Assembly (NCBI GenBank): GCA_035269015.1
Contig: DATFJU010000031.1
Location: 41,326 to 105,325 of the forward strand
Length of the DNA stretch: 64,000 nt
Reading direction: 5' to 3'
DNA from: Patescibacteria group bacterium
Lineage (GTDB): Bacteria; Patescibacteriota; Patescibacteriia; Patescibacteriales; UBA12465
This document shows positions 56,017-64,000 of this stretch, one piece after another. The position numbers and the translations under genes are program-made. Below the pieces are notes generated by a model, which saw only the letters and a list, made by a program, of their open reading frames with translations, was not told the origin of the DNA and made no database searches. Each line of letters opens with the position of its first letter. The first letter of the stretch is position 1.

Positions 56017-57120
56017 TTACTCAGCTCTGGCAACTGCTAAATAAAGAATCTTGGTATTTTTATAATCAATCACAATATCAGAAGTCACTCTACCACTAGG
56101 TAAATCATTAACTGACCAAGTAGCTCCACCATCTATAGACTTCACAAATACTGAATCAGTACCATAATATATTTCTTCAGCATTATCAGGGTTTATTGCC
56201 ATAGCTTTAATATTTGTTTCTTCAGACAGTGTAAGAAGATCTAAAGGCAACCAACTAAGACCTCCATCAGGTGAGCGAAGTAAGGCCTTATTACTAGCCC
56301 AAATAATATCTTGTCCATCTTTAGAAAATTCTAAAGACACAAATTTGTTACCAATTTCATAACTTTCTAATCCCTTACTAATATTTCTCCAATTAGTACC
56401 ATCTAACCTATTTCTAAACTGAGTTAATTCCTCATAACTAAGATTACTATTAGCATTAAAACGATATAATTCATTTTTACTAGTAGCCACGTATACCTCC
56501 CTACTATCTTGCGGATTAATTATCACTTCTTTAATTGGATTATTAAATCTTTGAATAGTACGCCAATTTTGTCCGTTATCTATACTTTTAATTAAATCTC
56601 CAGCTGAAGTAGCAATATATATATGAGAAGTATTAAAGTGATCTACTGCTACATCGCTAATTCTAAACTCTTGATTAGGCACTAAATATATTTGTTTCCA
56701 GCTTCTACTACAATCAGTAGTTTTCATCACCTTATTATCTAAGGCAACATATAATTTACATTTTTCTTTAGGGTCTACTTCTACATCCAAAACAGTATTA
56801 GAGCCTAATTGTTCTACTTTATTCCATCCATTATTAATATCATATGTATAATACAATCCAAACTCATCACTAGCTAAATACACAGCCGCACTATCATTGG
56901 GATCCATTTCCAAGGAATTAACATTAACAAAACCAATATCTTTAGTTCTACCATCAATACTTGGCACCATTACCATTTGCTTCCATGTATCCCCTTTATT
57001 AGGGCTAACATAAACACCACCATCATTACCACCGCCACTTTTACTTTTTATATTTACACTACAACCCCCCAAAAAAAGAGCTAACAATAATATAGATGTA
57101 ATAATTAATCTTTTTTTCAT
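56017..57120 (-). CDS. Lipoprotein with Asp-box/BNR beta-propeller repeats
   Basis: Lipobox LGGC; repeats SPNKGDTW, TTDCSRSW, SIDNGQNW, SPDGGLSW, SIDGGATW. Confidence 0.85.
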   Translation of the reverse strand: MKKRLIITSILLLALFLGGCSVNIKSKSGGGNDGGVYVSPNKGDTWKQMVMVPSIDGRTKDIGFVNVNSLEMDPNDSAAVYLASDEFGLYYTYDINNGWNKVEQLGSNTVLDVEVDPKEKCKLYVALDNKVMKTTDCSRSWKQIYLVPNQEFRISDVAVDHFNTSHIYIATSAGDLIKSIDNGQNWRTIQRFNNPIKEVIINPQDSREVYVATSKNELYRFNANSNLSYEELTQFRNRLDGTNWRNISKGLESYEIGNKFVSLEFSKDGQDIIWASNKALLRSPDGGLSWLPLDLLTLSEETNIKAMAINPDNAEEIYYGTDSVFVKSIDGGATWSVNDLPSGRVTSDIVIDYKNTKILYLAVARAE

Positions 57121-57174
57121 ATTTTTATATTATGTGAATTTAAATTATACTCTTTTTAAACTTTATTTTCAAGC

Positions 57175-58152
57175 TTAAAAACTTAGCACAAACTCCTCTA
57201 ATACGGCCCTAGGATTGAGATTAGAAGCTAAATACTTCCTAGCTCTGTTTATAGCTTTAATTATAGTCAAACTGTCAGCTTTAGCATTACTAAAATCATC
57301 TGCTAAATCAAGATAAGATACTAAATTAAACTGCTCATTTTCTATTAAAAGTAAATCTCTACTTACAGCTTCCCAAACATCTAAAAGATCATAAGCTAAA
57401 GTTCTTCCTTGGGCTCCATACAAACTCTTAGCATATTTAGCCTGTAGTTCTTTTAATCTGTAATTTTCATCATGAGAAATGAAATTAACAAACATACGAG
57501 CTTGTTCTAAATGCTTAGTATAATAATCTTTATCCTTTAAATACTTCAGAGCTAAAGCAGGTTTTCCCATAGACATGCTTGATATTTTCTTTGCTTCTTC
57601 TCTGTCAGCCTGATGATTTAAAAGATAATCATATATTAATTCCCTTTTCACTGCTTGAAAGTTAAGAATCTGTGAACGAGAAACAATAGTTTGAGGTAAA
57701 TCATCTATTTTCTCTGCCAGTAAAATAATCACCACCTTATTCTCTGGTTCTTCTAAGGTTTTTAGCAAAGCATTAGCTGCTTCTATACTCAATTTATGAG
57801 CATCCTTAATTATACCTACCTTGTATGAATTTAAAAAGGAACTTAAATTTAAGTTCTTAATTAACTCTCTAACCTGTTTAATACTAATATTTTTCTTATC
57901 TTCTTCCAACTCTAAAATCTGCAAATCTCCACTATTTTTAACTATTTTATTCCTATCTTCTTCATTGTCTTTAGAGTCAAAAATTAAATTAGAAGCAAAA
58001 GCCTTGGCTACTTGAAACTTACCTAAATCTCTTAAACCACTAAAAACATAGGTAGAAGATATCTTGTTGTTTAATAAAGCACTTTCTAAGAATTTAATCA
58101 CTGTTTCGTTACCAAGTTGAGGCCAATTATATTGTGTTTTTTCTACTGTCAT
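57175..58152 (-). CDS. holB: DNA polymerase III delta-prime subunit
   Basis: GLRDLGK, ISIKQVR, AANALLKTLEEP, LPQTIVSRSQ. Confidence 0.9.
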   Translation of the reverse strand: MTVEKTQYNWPQLGNETVIKFLESALLNNKISSTYVFSGLRDLGKFQVAKAFASNLIFDSKDNEEDRNKIVKNSGDLQILELEEDKKNISIKQVRELIKNLNLSSFLNSYKVGIIKDAHKLSIEAANALLKTLEEPENKVVIILLAEKIDDLPQTIVSRSQILNFQAVKRELIYDYLLNHQADREEAKKISSMSMGKPALALKYLKDKDYYTKHLEQARMFVNFISHDENYRLKELQAKYAKSLYGAQGRTLAYDLLDVWEAVSRDLLLIENEQFNLVSYLDLADDFSNAKADSLTIIKAINRARKYLASNLNPRAVLEEFVLSF

Positions 58153-58367
58153 TAACTTAATATCCTTATTTATTCTACTTAAAGTATATCACAGAGAAAT
58201 AAAAAAACAAACAAAATAAGGAAAATAAAAAATAGTAATAAATATAAAAAAATAGCTTAATTTAGCTTATATAAATTGAATATAACAAATATTAGTGTTA
58301 TATTATTAATATAATTAAATATTTTATTAATAATATAATATAGTAAAAAAACTAATAAAAAAGAAAT

Positions 58368-59657
58368 ATGAAAGGTAATTTTAAAAAAATAGCTGTACTT
58401 TTAGGAGACATAATAGTGCTTCACTCATCTTTAATGTTAACCTTAATTATTAGATATGGCGCAAATAACTTCTATGAGGTCTGGCTCAAACACTGGCCCA
58501 GCTTTGCTATTATCTTTTTTATCTGGATAATAGTATTTTATATATATAACCTATATAATTTAATCTTAGCAGCTGATAAGCTGAAATTTAATCAATTAGC
58601 ATTAAATGCAATCTTAACTTCAGCCCTACTATCAGTAGCTTTCTTTTATTTAAACCCTGCTACACAAATTACGCCTAAAACTAACTTAGCTCTATTTATC
58701 ATCATAACCATAGCTTTATTTATACTTTGGCGTAAGTTTTTTAATGCTTTATTACAAAACTATTTACCTAAAAACAATCTTCTTTTAATAGCTAAAAAGG
58801 ATAAGATAGAAAGCTTGGTTAACTATATTCAAACTAAAACACATCTAGGTTTTAATACAGCTCTAATTTTAGAAGAAACACTGAGTGGAGAAGAATTAAA
58901 AGACATAATCCAAACTAAAAGAATTCATACCATTGTTTTAGATCCCACCCATGCAAAAGCAGAAGCTTTTAGAAAACTTCTCTTTAAGTGCCTTCCCTAT
59001 AACCTCATCTTCACTGACCTTTCCAGCTTCTATGAAAAAATAACAGGAAAAGTCTCTATTGATACTATTACTCACACTTGGTTCTTAGAAAACTTTAATG
59101 AAGGAGAAAAAAAATACTTTAATCATATTAAAAGAATATATGACCTTATTATGGCTCTAATTATTTTCCTTATTACTTTACCACTATGGTTAATCATTGC
59201 TGTAATAATAATCTTAGATTCAGGACTACCTATTTTCTTCAAGCAAAAGAGATTAGGAAAAAATGGAGCAATGTTTCAGATTATTAAGTTTAGGACTATG
59301 AAAAATGAAGAAATTACTAAAGCTGGGTCATTTTTAAGAAAAACCCGCCTAGATGAACTACCACAGCTTCTAAACATCCTCCAAGGAAAAATGAGCTTTA
59401 TTGGTCCTAGACCAGAACAACCAAGTATTGTGGAAAAATTAAAAGAACAAATTCCCTTCTATCAAGAACGACTATTAATTAAACCTGGTCTTTCTGGTTG
59501 GGATCAAATATCAGAGAACTATCACAGCGCCAGTTACAAAGATAGTTTTGAAAAGCTCCAATATGACCTTTTTTACATCAAGAATCGTTCAATATATTTA
59601 GACTTCTCTATTACTCTAAAAACTATTTCTACTATACTAAGACGTAAGGGGAAATAA
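58368..59657 (+). CDS. Polyprenyl-phosphate glycosylphosphotransferase (WcaJ/WbaP-like)
   Basis: N-terminal TMs, KRIYD, KFRTM, LRKTRLDELPQL, GPRPE, KPGLSGWDQ, DLFYI. Confidence 0.92.
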   Translation: MKGNFKKIAVLLGDIIVLHSSLMLTLIIRYGANNFYEVWLKHWPSFAIIFFIWIIVFYIYNLYNLILAADKLKFNQLALNAILTSALLSVAFFYLNPATQITPKTNLALFIIITIALFILWRKFFNALLQNYLPKNNLLLIAKKDKIESLVNYIQTKTHLGFNTALILEETLSGEELKDIIQTKRIHTIVLDPTHAKAEAFRKLLFKCLPYNLIFTDLSSFYEKITGKVSIDTITHTWFLENFNEGEKKYFNHIKRIYDLIMALIIFLITLPLWLIIAVIIILDSGLPIFFKQKRLGKNGAMFQIIKFRTMKNEEITKAGSFLRKTRLDELPQLLNILQGKMSFIGPRPEQPSIVEKLKEQIPFYQERLLIKPGLSGWDQISENYHSASYKDSFEKLQYDLFYIKNRSIYLDFSITLKTISTILRRKGK

Positions 59658-59663
59658 AAATAC

Positions 59664-59693
59664 AAAAAACTCTTATCATTAAGCGATAAGAGT
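59664..59693. terminator. Probable bidirectional terminator
   Basis: ACTCTTATC-7 nt-GATAAGAGT with A-tract on left; between convergent units. Confidence 0.65.
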
Positions 59694-59735
59694 GTTGTAA
59701 ATTTATACAAGCGTCTAATATAATTATAATCTCAA

Positions 59736-60009
59736 CTATAAGTTTTTTTCTTGTTTAACTAAGTTAATAAGAAAATCTTGCACTTTTTTGAAATCTATTT
59801 CTTTGCCTGGGCTAAATAAAATAGGCTCCATCTTTATATCTTCTTTACCATATATATCAAACAAAAAAATCACAGGCCTTTTTAGTACCCAAGTTTAAAA
59901 CATTGGTAATTATACGCCTCTTATCTCTTCCTACATCTAATTTCTCTATATCATATGACCATAGAAATGGCTTAAATTGCTTTAATTTTTCATTATTTTT
60001 TTCCTTCAT
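59736..60009 (-). pseudogene. Remnant of DUF6922-like gene fused by deletion to tail of a probable AbiEii-type nucleotidyltransferase
   Basis: 60009-59857 MKEKNNEKLKQFKPFLWSYDIEKLDVGRDKRRIITNVLNLGTKKACDFFV* (frameshift in T7 run); 59831-59736 MEPILFSPGKEIDFKKVQDFLINLVKQEKNL*. Confidence 0.6.
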
Positions 60010-60050
60010 ATATTTATATCATAGCATAAAAAGCTGATAAAATCAAGGTA

Positions 60051-60084
60051 AAAAAAATAAGCTTATATGAAGATAAGCTTATTT
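60051..60084 (-). terminator. Terminator after deaminase gene
   Basis: 12-bp inverted repeat AAATAAGCTTAT/ATAAGCTTATTT with U-tract. Confidence 0.65.
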
Positions 60085-60126
60085 ATATAGTAATTAAAGA
60101 TTATAATATTTAAAACAGAAAACTAA

Positions 60127-60684
60127 CTAAGTCTTTAAGTTATAATCTTTCTTGTGGCTGTAATCAGTTTCATACTTCTCTTTATCTTGACTTAAGTCTT
60201 CAATGTTTTGCCAGTCATTTACCCAATCTTTAATATTATACTCTAAAATACCCTCGTCTTTATCATTACAAATATATCTATTTAAACCAGCATTAATAAT
60301 CATCTTCTTACACATCAAACAAGGATAGGATTTAATTGGAATAAGTTCATCACCTTCTCCTCTTTTAAAGCCAAACATATACATATCACCGTTTAAAAGC
60401 GACACACCAGCCCTAGCAGCGTTAATAATGGCATTCATCTCCGCATGCACAGAGCGACACATTTCATAGCCTGTACCCGACTTCACGCCTCTTTTTCTGC
60501 GAATACAATAACCCAAATCCATACAATCTTGCACCTTCCTAGGCGCTCCCACATAACCAGTAGATATAATTTGATCGTCTTTAACAATCACAGCTCCAAA
60601 GGCAGCGCTTAAACAATTACTCTTTACACTCACAGCTTTAGCTATACCTAAATAGTAGCTGTCTTTGTCTATTCTTGTAGGCAT
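60127..60684 (-). CDS. dCMP deaminase family protein (ComEB-like)
   Basis: GAVIVKD, STGY, VHAEMNAI, PCLMCKK. Confidence 0.93.
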   Translation of the reverse strand: MPTRIDKDSYYLGIAKAVSVKSNCLSAAFGAVIVKDDQIISTGYVGAPRKVQDCMDLGYCIRRKRGVKSGTGYEMCRSVHAEMNAIINAARAGVSLLNGDMYMFGFKRGEGDELIPIKSYPCLMCKKMIINAGLNRYICNDKDEGILEYNIKDWVNDWQNIEDLSQDKEKYETDYSHKKDYNLKT

Positions 60685-60830
60685 ATAAATAGTATTAATT
60701 ATTATATATTATCTAAGTATATTGTATTATTTGTAGTTAATTTTGGCAAATAAATAATTCAATAACAAAAAAGAGCTAAATTAGTAACTCATATTTAAGG
60801 TGTAATCTATTAATAGATAAAAATAATTCT

Positions 60831-61103
60831 TCAAAACAAATCAGAATGTGAACCAATTCTTAATAATAATATTAATAACTCCTTTTTATTTTTTTTATAG
60901 ATAAATAAAACATCTGATTTTAAATGACATTCATAACAACCTTTAAATTCTCCCACTAGTGAATGGTTATAATATTTTTTGGGCAATGGCTTTCCTTTTA
61001 TCAAAATATCTAAAAGATTTTCAAGTACCAAAAACAAATCTTTATCATGTTTAAAAGATTTTAAATCCTTTTTAAAGCGCTTAGAATATTTTAACGAAAA
61101 CAT
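60831..61103 (-). CDS. yafQ: YafQ family mRNA interferase toxin
   Basis: RFKKDLK, NHSLVG, ECHLKSD, LLRIGSHSDLF. Confidence 0.92.
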   Translation of the reverse strand: MFSLKYSKRFKKDLKSFKHDKDLFLVLENLLDILIKGKPLPKKYYNHSLVGEFKGCYECHLKSDVLFIYKKNKKELLILLLRIGSHSDLF

Positions 61104-61105
61104 AA

Positions 61106-61390
61106 TTACTTCTTTAACGCATCTTTAATAAGAGAAGAACCACTTTGAAAAGACTTAGAACTATTTTTAGCATCAATTATAGACTCTCTTAGCGTTTCAG
61201 CTTTTTTCAAGGTAAGCCCATTCTCACCTCTTATTTCAAAAGGGATGTTTTTAGTATTTATTATCTGCTTAAAAAACATTTTAACCGCTGAACTCATATC
61301 TAAACCTAGCTGATCTAATATAGCTTTAGTTTCTTTTTTTGTTTTGTGATCTATACGAATTTGCAATTGTTCACTATTTTTAGTCTTCAT
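61106..61390 (-). CDS. dinJ: RelB/DinJ family antitoxin
   Basis: QIRIDHKTK, LGLDMSSAVKMFFKQI, IPFEI; directly upstream of YafQ. Confidence 0.92.
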   Translation of the reverse strand: MKTKNSEQLQIRIDHKTKKETKAILDQLGLDMSSAVKMFFKQIINTKNIPFEIRGENGLTLKKAETLRESIIDAKNSSKSFQSGSSLIKDALKK

Positions 61391-61429
61391 ATTATAATTA
61401 AAATTTAATAATGTTTATTATATAATAAT

Positions 61430-61458
61430 ATTGTATATCAAAATAACTAATATGTCAA
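61430..61458 (-). promoter_or_regulatory. Sigma70 promoter of dinJ-yafQ
   Basis: TTGACA-17 bp-TACAAT. Confidence 0.7.
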
Positions 61459-61502
61459 TACAAATAATACTTTAGCTTATTCTTCCAAAAGAAAGTTAAA
61501 AA

Positions 61503-62492
61503 TTAATTAGATATAAAATTAATAATTAATTTGATAATAATATCTTTCTGCTTAGGATCGCTTTCGGCCACTAAGAGTGCTAAGGCTACAAGCGCGTTAT
61601 CGCTAAACTTTTTCTCTCCTTTTTTGTTAAATAGATATTTATTACGTGCTAAAAAAAGTATAAATAGTAAAGAACCAATCCGCTTATTGCCATCAATAAA
61701 GGGATGGTTTTTAATAACAAAATAAACTAAATGAGAAGCTTTCTCTTCTATGCTTGGATATAATTCTTTTCCTCCAAAAGATTGATTAATATTGCCTAAA
61801 ATACTTTTTAAGGCTTCTCCCCTTTCCCTACCAAATAATTCACTTGCTTCTTTCTTTTTTATTAAACTATTTTTTAATCTTGATATCGCCTCGCGAGAAA
61901 CTTCGTAATTTAATACATTTCTTACTTTTGCAGTTTTACTAATTTGTAATTTATCTTCATCATACTTCTGAAGAGTTGCCCAGGTATTAGCATAATCTGT
62001 AATAACCCTTAAGAGTCCTTCACTTTCATCACTAGATAATCTTTTAGTTTCCACTGTTTTCTTTATTAATCCAACCGCTTCTTTGAATTCCTCTAATTGA
62101 CTGTCTTTTAATTCTTTTATCCGCTTTTGATTTAAAATATACCCACTAGTAATATAATTTTTCAATGTTTTTGTGGCCCATTTACGAAATTCAATAGCAA
62201 CTTTTGAATTTGTTCTATAGCCAACACTTAAAACCACGTCTAGAGAATAAAAAGTTACTGGTTTATCTGAATTTGCAATATGCATTTTTTGCATATTGCT
62301 TTTTTTATCAATCTCCCTATCTTTAAATATATTCTTAATATGACGAGAAATTACGGACTGATCCACTCCAAACAGTGAAACAATATTAGATTGTGTTGCC
62401 CAAATTGTTTCCTTATTGAAATCACCACGAAGCTCAAGCTTTCCTGTTTTTGTTTGATATATTACTGTTGGTTTATTATTAATATTTTTCAT
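61503..62492 (-). CDS. RhuM-like N-terminal domain plus Fic/Doc domain protein
   Basis: ETIWATQ, YSLDVVLSVGYRTNS, FRKWAT; QSFGG..YPSIEEKA, HPFIDGNKRIG; likely start 62492. Confidence 0.92.
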   Translation of the reverse strand: MKNINNKPTVIYQTKTGKLELRGDFNKETIWATQSNIVSLFGVDQSVISRHIKNIFKDREIDKKSNMQKMHIANSDKPVTFYSLDVVLSVGYRTNSKVAIEFRKWATKTLKNYITSGYILNQKRIKELKDSQLEEFKEAVGLIKKTVETKRLSSDESEGLLRVITDYANTWATLQKYDEDKLQISKTAKVRNVLNYEVSREAISRLKNSLIKKKEASELFGRERGEALKSILGNINQSFGGKELYPSIEEKASHLVYFVIKNHPFIDGNKRIGSLLFILFLARNKYLFNKKGEKKFSDNALVALALLVAESDPKQKDIIIKLIINFISN

Positions 62493-62548
62493 ATAAAGTA
62501 AGTATAACAAATAGGAGATAAAATTTCTATAAATTAACCTTAAAATAT

Positions 62549-62574
62549 AAAAAAACAAGACATCTATTGTCTTG
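62549..62574 (-). terminator. Terminator after tRNA-Ser
   Basis: CAAGACA/TGTCTTG stem followed by U7 on minus strand. Confidence 0.7.
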
Positions 62575-62586
62575 CTTTAAGTAATG

Positions 62587-62673
62587 CGGAAGGACCGGGA
62601 TTCGAACCCGGGGTACCATCTCTGGTACACTTGCACTCCAAGCAAGCGCCTTCGACCACTCGGCCACCCTTCC
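62587..62673 (-). tRNA. tRNA-Ser(GGA), CCA not encoded
   Basis: Acceptor GGAAGGG/TCCTTCC plus G discriminator; anticodon arm CTTGC-TTGGAGT-GCAAG; long variable arm GTACCA-GAGA-TGGTAC; T arm CCGGG-TTCGAAT-CCCGG. Confidence 0.97.
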
Positions 62674-62780
62674 CTTTTTTATATAATTAAATAATAACTA
62701 CATATTTAAGTATGTATCTAAAATATAATTATTTATCTATTATATAAGTATTTAATTATTATACAAGAAAATATTTTCTA

Positions 62781-63530
62781 CTACTTAGACAAATGCTTCT
62801 CAATAATAGTTTTTAATCCTTCTATTTGCTCACCATTGGAATCAATAGACCCCTCCCATTCTCTAGCACCAATAACAAGCTCACTATCCACAAAAGTAGT
62901 CGGAGCACCAAAAACACCAAAGTCATTAGCTTCTTTGCTAACACTATTTACCTTAGCTAAATACTCATTAGTGTCTAAACAATTAGAAAACTGCTCTGTG
63001 TCCAAACCTAAATCTTTAGCTATAGTATACAAATCTTGTTCATATAAATTACTATTATTTAACATAGTAAATACCTCTTCTCTAAAATCTAAATACTTAT
63101 CTTGATCATTAGCACAATATAATGCCTGATTAGCTTCACTGCTTAAACCATTATTACTAACAGAAAAGGGCCTAAAAGCCAACACGACTTCATCACTATA
63201 ATCAGCTACAAGCTTATCTAAGCTCTCCTTATACTGAGCACTAAAGGTATTACTATAGTCTTCATAAACAACAATTTCTAAATCTGCATCTAAATTACCA
63301 AGATAAATGTCACTATCATCAATAGCTCTAAGACTTGGTGCTTTATAGCTTTGTGCTTTAATAATATTTTCTTGATTATTAGCTTTAAGTTCATCAAGAT
63401 TTTCTGTTTCCACATTACTAATGTTTTTACTATTATTACTACTATAGACTAAAAATACTATAACTAAGATAGCGATAATAAGTATAGAGATAACTAATAA
63501 TTTAGCTTGTCTTTTGTTTAATTTATTCAT
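62781..63530 (-). CDS. Membrane-anchored DsbA/Thioredoxin_4-fold protein lacking CxxC
   Basis: N-terminal TM; GNLDADLEIVVYEDY, CANDQDKY, FSNCLD, GVFGAPTTFV; CxxC position reads NTFS. Confidence 0.82.
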   Translation of the reverse strand: MNKLNKRQAKLLVISILIIAILVIVFLVYSSNNSKNISNVETENLDELKANNQENIIKAQSYKAPSLRAIDDSDIYLGNLDADLEIVVYEDYSNTFSAQYKESLDKLVADYSDEVVLAFRPFSVSNNGLSSEANQALYCANDQDKYLDFREEVFTMLNNSNLYEQDLYTIAKDLGLDTEQFSNCLDTNEYLAKVNSVSKEANDFGVFGAPTTFVDSELVIGAREWEGSIDSNGEQIEGLKTIIEKHLSK

Positions 63531-63534
63531 AATC

Positions 63535-64000
63535 TTAAGCAGATAAATCAAGTTTTTTATTTTCTTGACTTAGACTGTTAAATAATATATTAGAAATATT
63601 TAATAATTGTTTTTCCTCAAAACGAGCAGACATTAACTGTACTCCAAAAGGTAAATTAGAAACAAATTTAGAAGGAATAGAAATTGAACAAATCCCAGCT
63701 AATGAAGGTGCACTAAGAAACTGATCTTCTAAGTACATATCTAAGGGCTTAGTTTTTTCACCTATCTTAAAAGCTGATGTTGGGGCGGTAGGGGCTAAGA
63801 TAGCATCAACTTTTTTAAAAGCAGCCTCAAACTCCCTGCTAATCATAGTTCTAAACTTCTGTGCTTTTACATAATAATCATCATAATAACCTGAACTCAA
63901 AACATATGTCCCTAACATAATTCTGCGCTTGGCCTCAGCACCAAAACCACGACCACGAGATTCTAAATAATGCTGTTTAATATTTTTAGCTTCCCTATAA
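63535..64000 (-). CDS. gatA: Glu/Asp-tRNA amidotransferase subunit A (3' part; 5' end beyond window)
   Basis: GFGAEAKRRIMLGTYVLSSGYYDDYY, PTAPTSAFKIGE, MYLED, LPFGVQL. Confidence 0.96.
   Translation of the reverse strand, partial: YREAKNIKQHYLESRGRGFGAEAKRRIMLGTYVLSSGYYDDYYVKAQKFRTMISREFEAAFKKVDAILAPTAPTSAFKIGEKTKPLDMYLEDQFLSAPSLAGICSISIPSKFVSNLPFGVQLMSARFEEKQLLNISNILFNSLSQENKKLDLSA

Noticed and set aside
57175-58152. Degenerate Walker A in the clamp-loader subunit as a novel pseudo-ATPase
   Set aside because: Delta-prime is normally ATPase-inactive, so this is expected.
59660-62673. Integrated prophage or ICE at tRNA-Ser
   Set aside because: No integrase, phage or transfer genes, and no duplicated tRNA 3' end seen.
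977-63105. Many short ORFs in the track overlapping known genes (e.g. 977-1177, 1813-2001, 3983-4210, 6769-7254, 27744-28073, 40256-40534, 62836-63105)
   Set aside because: Antisense or alternate-frame shadows of conserved genes, with no recognisable motifs or independent expression signals.
1-64000. TGA recoding (code 25) as in Gracilibacteria/Absconditabacteria
   Set aside because: Conserved genes are full length in code 11, TGA ends htpX, yafQ and the 24047 ORF, and RF2 is present.

Overview
Low-GC bacterial chromosomal segment in standard code 11 (TGA ends several genes), mostly coding on the minus strand. Several features point to a Patescibacteria/CPR genome, probably Parcubacteria (inference): no Shine-Dalgarno motifs at the starts inspected, RpoA without alphaCTD, short uL13/AlaRS/ProRS, two MreB paralogues, an S8/FG-GAP protease and ComEC. 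Most of the window is housekeeping: the str/S10 start, the alpha operon, a dcw remnant, surface-glycan genes, mreBCD, proS/ileS, secA, frr, holB, tRNA-Ser(GGA) and gatA. Small accessory islets are present: zeta toxin plus an unannotated 54-aa ORF, an AAA_14/DUF4143 ATPase, and a toxin-antitoxin (TA) cluster beside tRNA-Ser. I found no CRISPR array, rRNA, integrase or transposase. The best novelty candidates are: (1) two similar three-way-junction RNA elements upstream of tuf and rplC, the latter followed by a terminator; (2) an intact PilB/GspE-like protein with all ATPase motifs lost, translationally coupled to a glycosyltransferase operon; (3) an orphan Phd-like gene between fusA and tuf; (4) a deletion-collapsed DUF6922/AbiEii-type pair; (5) a DsbA-fold protein lacking CxxC. 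All family calls are by eye; no searches were run.
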